Source: Candidatus Saganbacteria bacterium
GTDB taxonomy: Bacteria > Margulisbacteria > WOR-1 > XYC2-FULL-46-14
Direction: 5' to 3'
Length of the DNA: 60,427 bases
Assembly: GCA_013202975.1 (NCBI GenBank)
Contig: JABMQY010000085.1
Span: 1-60,427, forward strand
Shown: in pieces, positions 56,557-60,427 of the stretch
Numbering within the stretch: position 1 is the stretch's first letter
Layout: each line of letters starts with the position of its first letter
Notes under the pieces: generated by a model
What the model was told of the DNA's origin: nothing
The model's input: only the letters and a program-made list of their open reading frames with translations
Database searches by the model: none
Made by a program: the position numbers and the translations under genes

Positions 56557-58067
56557 TGTTTTCCTCCTATTGGATTTGCCACCCTTCCCATAAATAATAT
56601 TGTTCCTGAAGCATCGTCTTTAATCAAAAATATAAACGGATGGTCGGCTTTGAATTCTTTTGGAAGGCTTGGATCAAAAGATTCTTTTGCCATTCCAATC
56701 GCAGTTGCGGCAGCTGCCTCGGTTCCTTCTTCATCAACACTAACGAATGCTTTATGTATAACATCAGAAATGAATAAATCCTTATTGCCGGTTATCCCCG
56801 AAAAATCAGCCAGAGGAAGCAGGAAAGCATCTTTTATGCCCATTGACGAGAGCAGCTTTTTTAGTTGGAAGTCAGAGGTGATTTTAAATTTGGGCAGGTA
56901 GAGAGCTACCTTTTTATAGCTGAGCTCACTGATCCATTTTATTAGGTTCTTGTAAGTCAGCTCATTTTCCAGCCGCCCAATCCCATCAATCTTTTTTGGG
57001 AGAAGGATTATCATCGAAAGTTTGTGTCTATTATATGGCAGTTCGACCATTTGGACTGTATTGTTTGCGAAATATTTGATACTTTTATTTTGGTGCATTA
57101 ACGGAACAATTGTTTTTTTGTTTCGAGAAGAATAAAAAGGACCATTTTTGGTGTATTCTTTTTCAAATTGATCAGACCAATTTGCTTTAAAATAAATTGC
57201 ATTGGTTAGAATTAGGCGGGTTAGGGGATTAACTGTTCCTGGCTGGAGCAGCTCTTTGATTTTGTCATTGGTCTTTTTTTCAACCCATTTATTAACTGTT
57301 TTTCGGGCTTTTTCAGGATCTTTACTGAAATTAAGCTCTTTTAGCTCTGATTTATATTGTGTTTTTAATATATTTAGGAAGTCTTTTTTAAAGGCATAAC
57401 CTTTTTGTCCCCAGAGAGCATTAGCAACTACTAATTTATAATATTCATTGGGTTCATTTAATTGATTTATTAAAGCTGCAATATCTGCATGAGAGCTAAA
57501 GTGTAGTGTCTTTTTTATTTGAGATGCGGTTTTATCTCCTGCTCCGGCATAAACCATTGAAAGGGCAGTGGATATGCTGTAGGGAGAATAGAAAAGATTC
57601 CCTTCCCGGTTTTTAAGTTTTGAATAGAGATCGATCGAAAACTGGTTAATGCTCTCTGCTGCCTTTTTACTGTCTCCCAATAAATTTGTAATTTTCAGGC
57701 TCCGATTGATTTTGTAGCCGCCGTGAGGGTGCTGTTCAATCTCCATTGACATAAAATCTCCGACAACGATATCCCCCCGCTTTAATGTTTTTAGGTCAAT
57801 TTTGTTTGAGTTTGCATTGTGGATCTGAACTTTTGTTTTTGGTCTATATGGGCCAATGCGGGCATTTTTTGAGACAATTTGAAGTATCTCAATATTCATT
57901 TCATATTGAGGTTTTAGTTTGAATTTTGCGTTTTTATTAACCGGCCATTGCTTTTTTGAAATAACCTTCCCCGCGATTTTAAACGCAAAAGTATCGATCA
58001 TGGCCTGGGCGGACGAGATAAGTATTATCATCATTATCAGGGCGGCAAGGAGAGTTTGTTTTTTCAT
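56553..58067 (-). CDS. Secreted serpin (serine protease inhibitor) with ~110-aa N-terminal extension
   Basis: Signal MKKQTLLAALIMMIILISSAQA. Serpin core ..NLFYSPYSISTALSMVYAGAGDKTASQI... Hinge/reactive-centre loop ..EEGTEAAAATAIGM... C-terminal ..DHPFIFLIKD..ILFMGRVANP... Confidence 0.85.
   Translation of the reverse strand: MKKQTLLAALIMMIILISSAQAMIDTFAFKIAGKVISKKQWPVNKNAKFKLKPQYEMNIEILQIVSKNARIGPYRPKTKVQIHNANSNKIDLKTLKRGDIVVGDFMSMEIEQHPHGGYKINRSLKITNLLGDSKKAAESINQFSIDLYSKLKNREGNLFYSPYSISTALSMVYAGAGDKTASQIKKTLHFSSHADIAALINQLNEPNEYYKLVVANALWGQKGYAFKKDFLNILKTQYKSELKELNFSKDPEKARKTVNKWVEKKTNDKIKELLQPGTVNPLTRLILTNAIYFKANWSDQFEKEYTKNGPFYSSRNKKTIVPLMHQNKSIKYFANNTVQMVELPYNRHKLSMIILLPKKIDGIGRLENELTYKNLIKWISELSYKKVALYLPKFKITSDFQLKKLLSSMGIKDAFLLPLADFSGITGNKDLFISDVIHKAFVSVDEEGTEAAAATAIGMAKESFDPSLPKEFKADHPFIFLIKDDASGTILFMGRVANPIGGKQ
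56570..56590. repeat. 21-nt direct repeat copy B (TTGGATTTGCCACCCTTCCCA) within the serpin 3' end
   Basis: Identical to 53784..53804; the two copies bracket a 2.75 kb segment. Confidence 0.7.
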
Positions 58068-58076
58068 GATATCCTT

Positions 58077-58730
58077 CTAATTGTTTGATCTTATAATTTT
58101 TACTAACGCAATCCCGGTAATTGCCCCAACCGTTGCTCCCATCATAAGTCCGGCCATGATACCCGAGAGTACCCATACCCCTGCCGGGCTGTTATCGGGG
58201 ACTAAAATTAACACTATAATTGAAGCAAAAATTCCGACTGGCCAGGCCAGGGCATTGGCCAATATCCACCATCCTGCTTTTTGCATATGCTTGCGCAAAA
58301 CCAGCCACTGGGCAAAGCCGATTGAGAGCAAAAATATCGGAGCCAGAATAAATATACCGCTTAAAAGTGCAAGTGGATGGAGATTGCTAATGTTTTCTCC
58401 AACCGTGGTAGGAAGCATCCCGATTCCCCAACCGAGGGCAGCCGCCATTGCCGTAAATAATATCCAGTCCCTGGTGTTTAAATCTTTTATGTATTTTTTT
58501 AGAATAATCCATTGAGCGTAAGCCAATATGGCTCCTTCGCCTATTCCTGCTATTGTCATTGCAACCATCATTAGTAGCTCCGGATTTGGGGTGTGTATAT
58601 TTGTTGTCATATTTGCTGCGATGACACCAATAATTGCAGGGAATGCGAATCCGGCCATCTGGCCGATGGTTGTGGCGACAACCCATTCCTGCCATATTTT
58701 TGAAGTTTTTATATTTTGTTTCTCTTGCAT
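58077..58730 (-). CDS. Gly-rich integral membrane protein (217 aa), hypothetical
   Basis: 6 predicted TM helices; immediately upstream of and co-oriented with the serpin. Confidence 0.5.
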   Translation of the reverse strand: MQEKQNIKTSKIWQEWVVATTIGQMAGFAFPAIIGVIAANMTTNIHTPNPELLMMVAMTIAGIGEGAILAYAQWIILKKYIKDLNTRDWILFTAMAAALGWGIGMLPTTVGENISNLHPLALLSGIFILAPIFLLSIGFAQWLVLRKHMQKAGWWILANALAWPVGIFASIIVLILVPDNSPAGVWVLSGIMAGLMMGATVGAITGIALVKIIRSNN

Positions 58731-58808
58731 ATTACAGCTATTATATTATACACTAGTATAATGTCTTTAAAAGAAATTTTAGACAAAAAATTATAGGGGG
58801 AATTTGTT

Positions 58809-59663
58809 ATGTATTTGTATTATGCGGTTTTGGTTGTGGTTCTGGTGCTTTATTACTCTGTCAAAATTATCCGTCCGGTTGAAAAGGGGGTTGTTGAAAC
58901 CCTTGGTAAATTCACCAAGACCGCAGAGGCCGGGATTCAGTTTCTTATTCCATTTGTCCAGAGGATCTATAAGATTAATATCACAGAACAGCGTGTTGAT
59001 ATTGAGCCGCAGTCAATTATCACCAAAGATAAGCTTAATGCCGAGGTTGACGGGGTTGTGTACTATAAGGTGGTTGATCCAAAAAATGCAATTTATAATG
59101 TTAATCATTTTGCATCGGCTGTGCCATCTTTGGCAAAAACAACGCTTCGTGCTGTAATTGGTAAAATGACCTTAACTGAATCTAACGAAAATCGCGACAA
59201 AATTAATACAGAGGTTGAAAACATTCTTGATAAACAGACCGATCCTTGGGGTATTACCGTTATCCGGGTTGAGCTGCAGCGGATTGAGCCTCCGGCAGAT
59301 GTTCAGTCAGCAATGAATAATGTCGTAAAGGCCGAGAACGAAAAGATTGCAGCGCTTGATATTGCAACAGCTAAAGAAACAACCGCTGATGGTGATAGAA
59401 GAGCCGAAATTAAAAAGGCCGAGGGTCACGCCCAGGCGATCAGGCTTAGTGCAAATGCCGAGGCAGATGCCATTAAAGCAGTTAACGAATCAGCAGAAAA
59501 GTATTTTAAAGGCAACGCTCAACTATTAAAACGCCTGGAGACTGTAGCGGTAGCTTTAAAGAATAATTCAAAAATTGTTGTTCCGGCTAATTCTGATTTA
59601 GTGAATGTAATTGGTGATATGGCCGGTGGTGTTCTGCCGATTGTGAGAAGAGACCCAGGGTAA
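58809..59663 (+). CDS. SPFH/Band-7 domain protein (stomatin/prohibitin-like)
   Basis: N-terminal TM then ..IRPVEKGVVETLGKF..AGIQFLIPFVQRIYKINITEQRVDIEPQSIITKD..VDGVVYYKV.. is the typical SPFH domain; coiled-coil C-terminus. Confidence 0.8.
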   Translation: MYLYYAVLVVVLVLYYSVKIIRPVEKGVVETLGKFTKTAEAGIQFLIPFVQRIYKINITEQRVDIEPQSIITKDKLNAEVDGVVYYKVVDPKNAIYNVNHFASAVPSLAKTTLRAVIGKMTLTESNENRDKINTEVENILDKQTDPWGITVIRVELQRIEPPADVQSAMNNVVKAENEKIAALDIATAKETTADGDRRAEIKKAEGHAQAIRLSANAEADAIKAVNESAEKYFKGNAQLLKRLETVAVALKNNSKIVVPANSDLVNVIGDMAGGVLPIVRRDPG

Positions 59664-59686
59664 CGATCGAGTTAGTTAGGTGCTTT

Positions 59687-60217
59687 TTACGGAAGGGTGA
59701 CCTCAAACGTCCCCTGTGGCTTGGGTTCGTTCCAAAAATGAAAACTCCATTTGATTAAGGCTTTTTTACCAGATGGATATTCCCATTTGTTAAGATTGAT
59801 CCAGTCAGAAAACACCATCTCGCTGTATTTTGGAATGATCATTTGCATTGGTGGCGGAGGAACTGGCGGTAAAAAGGGTCCTTTATGTGGTTTCTTTTTG
59901 ATCCCTTCTTGTTTAAAGACAAAATTAACATAAAAAGGATTAACCATATTAACCGGGAAAATTATGATCTTTTCATCTCGTCCGCTGTTGTTAATCAGCT
60001 TTCCGCTGAGAGTAATTCTATTATTCTCAACTATGGCTTTTTTGTCAATAATAAAGGTTAGATTTTTGGGGGTAACTGATTTGTTAGCTTCTTCCATGCT
60101 AACCATCCGTCCCAGTAATTCTCTTGTAAATATTACTTCTTGCATTTCTTTGGGTGCACTAGCAAATCCACTCACAAAAAACATTGCGACGATTAATACT
60201 AGTATATTGTATCTCAT
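59687..60217 (-). CDS. Secreted hypothetical protein (176 aa)
   Basis: Signal MRYNILVLIVAMFFVSGFASA. Confidence 0.45.
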   Translation of the reverse strand: MRYNILVLIVAMFFVSGFASAPKEMQEVIFTRELLGRMVSMEEANKSVTPKNLTFIIDKKAIVENNRITLSGKLINNSGRDEKIIIFPVNMVNPFYVNFVFKQEGIKKKPHKGPFLPPVPPPPMQMIIPKYSEMVFSDWINLNKWEYPSGKKALIKWSFHFWNEPKPQGTFEVTLP

Positions 60218-60339
60218 TTTTTTGTATTGTTAACTCCCCAATTTTTATCAACCCATATGGTGGAGGGGGAGAGATTCCCGCCTACGCTCTCGCTTCGCTC
60301 GTAGCTACGGCGGGCAAGCGAACTCTCTTCTCTTTCAAA

Positions 60340-60424
60340 CGGAGAGGGAGAGATTCGAACTCTCGATATCTTGCGATATACACGCTTTCCAAGCGTGCGC
60401 ATTCAACCGCTCTGCCACCCCTCC
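60340..60424 (-). tRNA. tRNA-Ser (anticodon GGA), type II
   Basis: Reverse complement GGAGGGGTGGCAGAGCGGTTGAATGCGCACGCTTGGAAAGCGTGTATATCGCAAGATATCGAGAGTTCGAATCTCTCCCTCTCCG. Anticodon stem CACGC/GCGTG, loop TTGGAAA; long variable arm. Confidence 0.85.
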
Positions 60425-60427
60425 TAA

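Overview
Gene-dense 60.4 kb window, roughly 40% GC, from what looks like an uncultivated diderm bacterium. The diderm call rests on SLH-anchored outer-membrane proteins, FadL/PorV-like beta-barrels and a T9SS-type C-terminal sorting domain. No CRISPR arrays, rRNA genes or transposases were seen. RNA genes: tmRNA (ssrA) directly downstream of smpB, and two tRNA-Ser genes (anticodons CGA and GGA). Main blocks: (i) 1-13.3 kb is a surface/secretome island. A two-gene module occurs three times: a small protein carrying a conserved N-terminal MG...AKVxVN...G..G..FGC motif followed by a giant protein. The island ends with a T9SS-CTD cargo protein and a FadL/PorV-like OMP fused to three SLH domains. 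(ii) smpB-ssrA-metXW, an SLH-porin and a second FadL-like OMP. (iii) A lipid module: acyl-ACP synthetase-like ligase, ACP and PlsC. (iv) Two glycogen-synthase paralogs flanking a 1459-aa dikinase-like protein (PPDK_N plus phosphohistidine domains, with a degenerate Nudix-like fold). This is a candidate glucan-phosphorylating system. (v) hisG, rmlC, an ER-type (SipW-like) signal peptidase next to two convergent Cys-rich KPELY peptides, then larC-larB, a glycolipid GT28, nfo and rarA. (vi) Housekeeping and envelope genes, a secreted serpin operon and an atypical kinase. The kinase sits inside a 2.75 kb segment flanked by 21-nt direct repeats beside tRNA-Ser. Recurrent non-coding motifs (AAAATTGACGATATATAT and a hairpin+CGTACAAA leader) precede several genes. 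All calls are from reading the sequence and ORF track by eye. No database searches were run.
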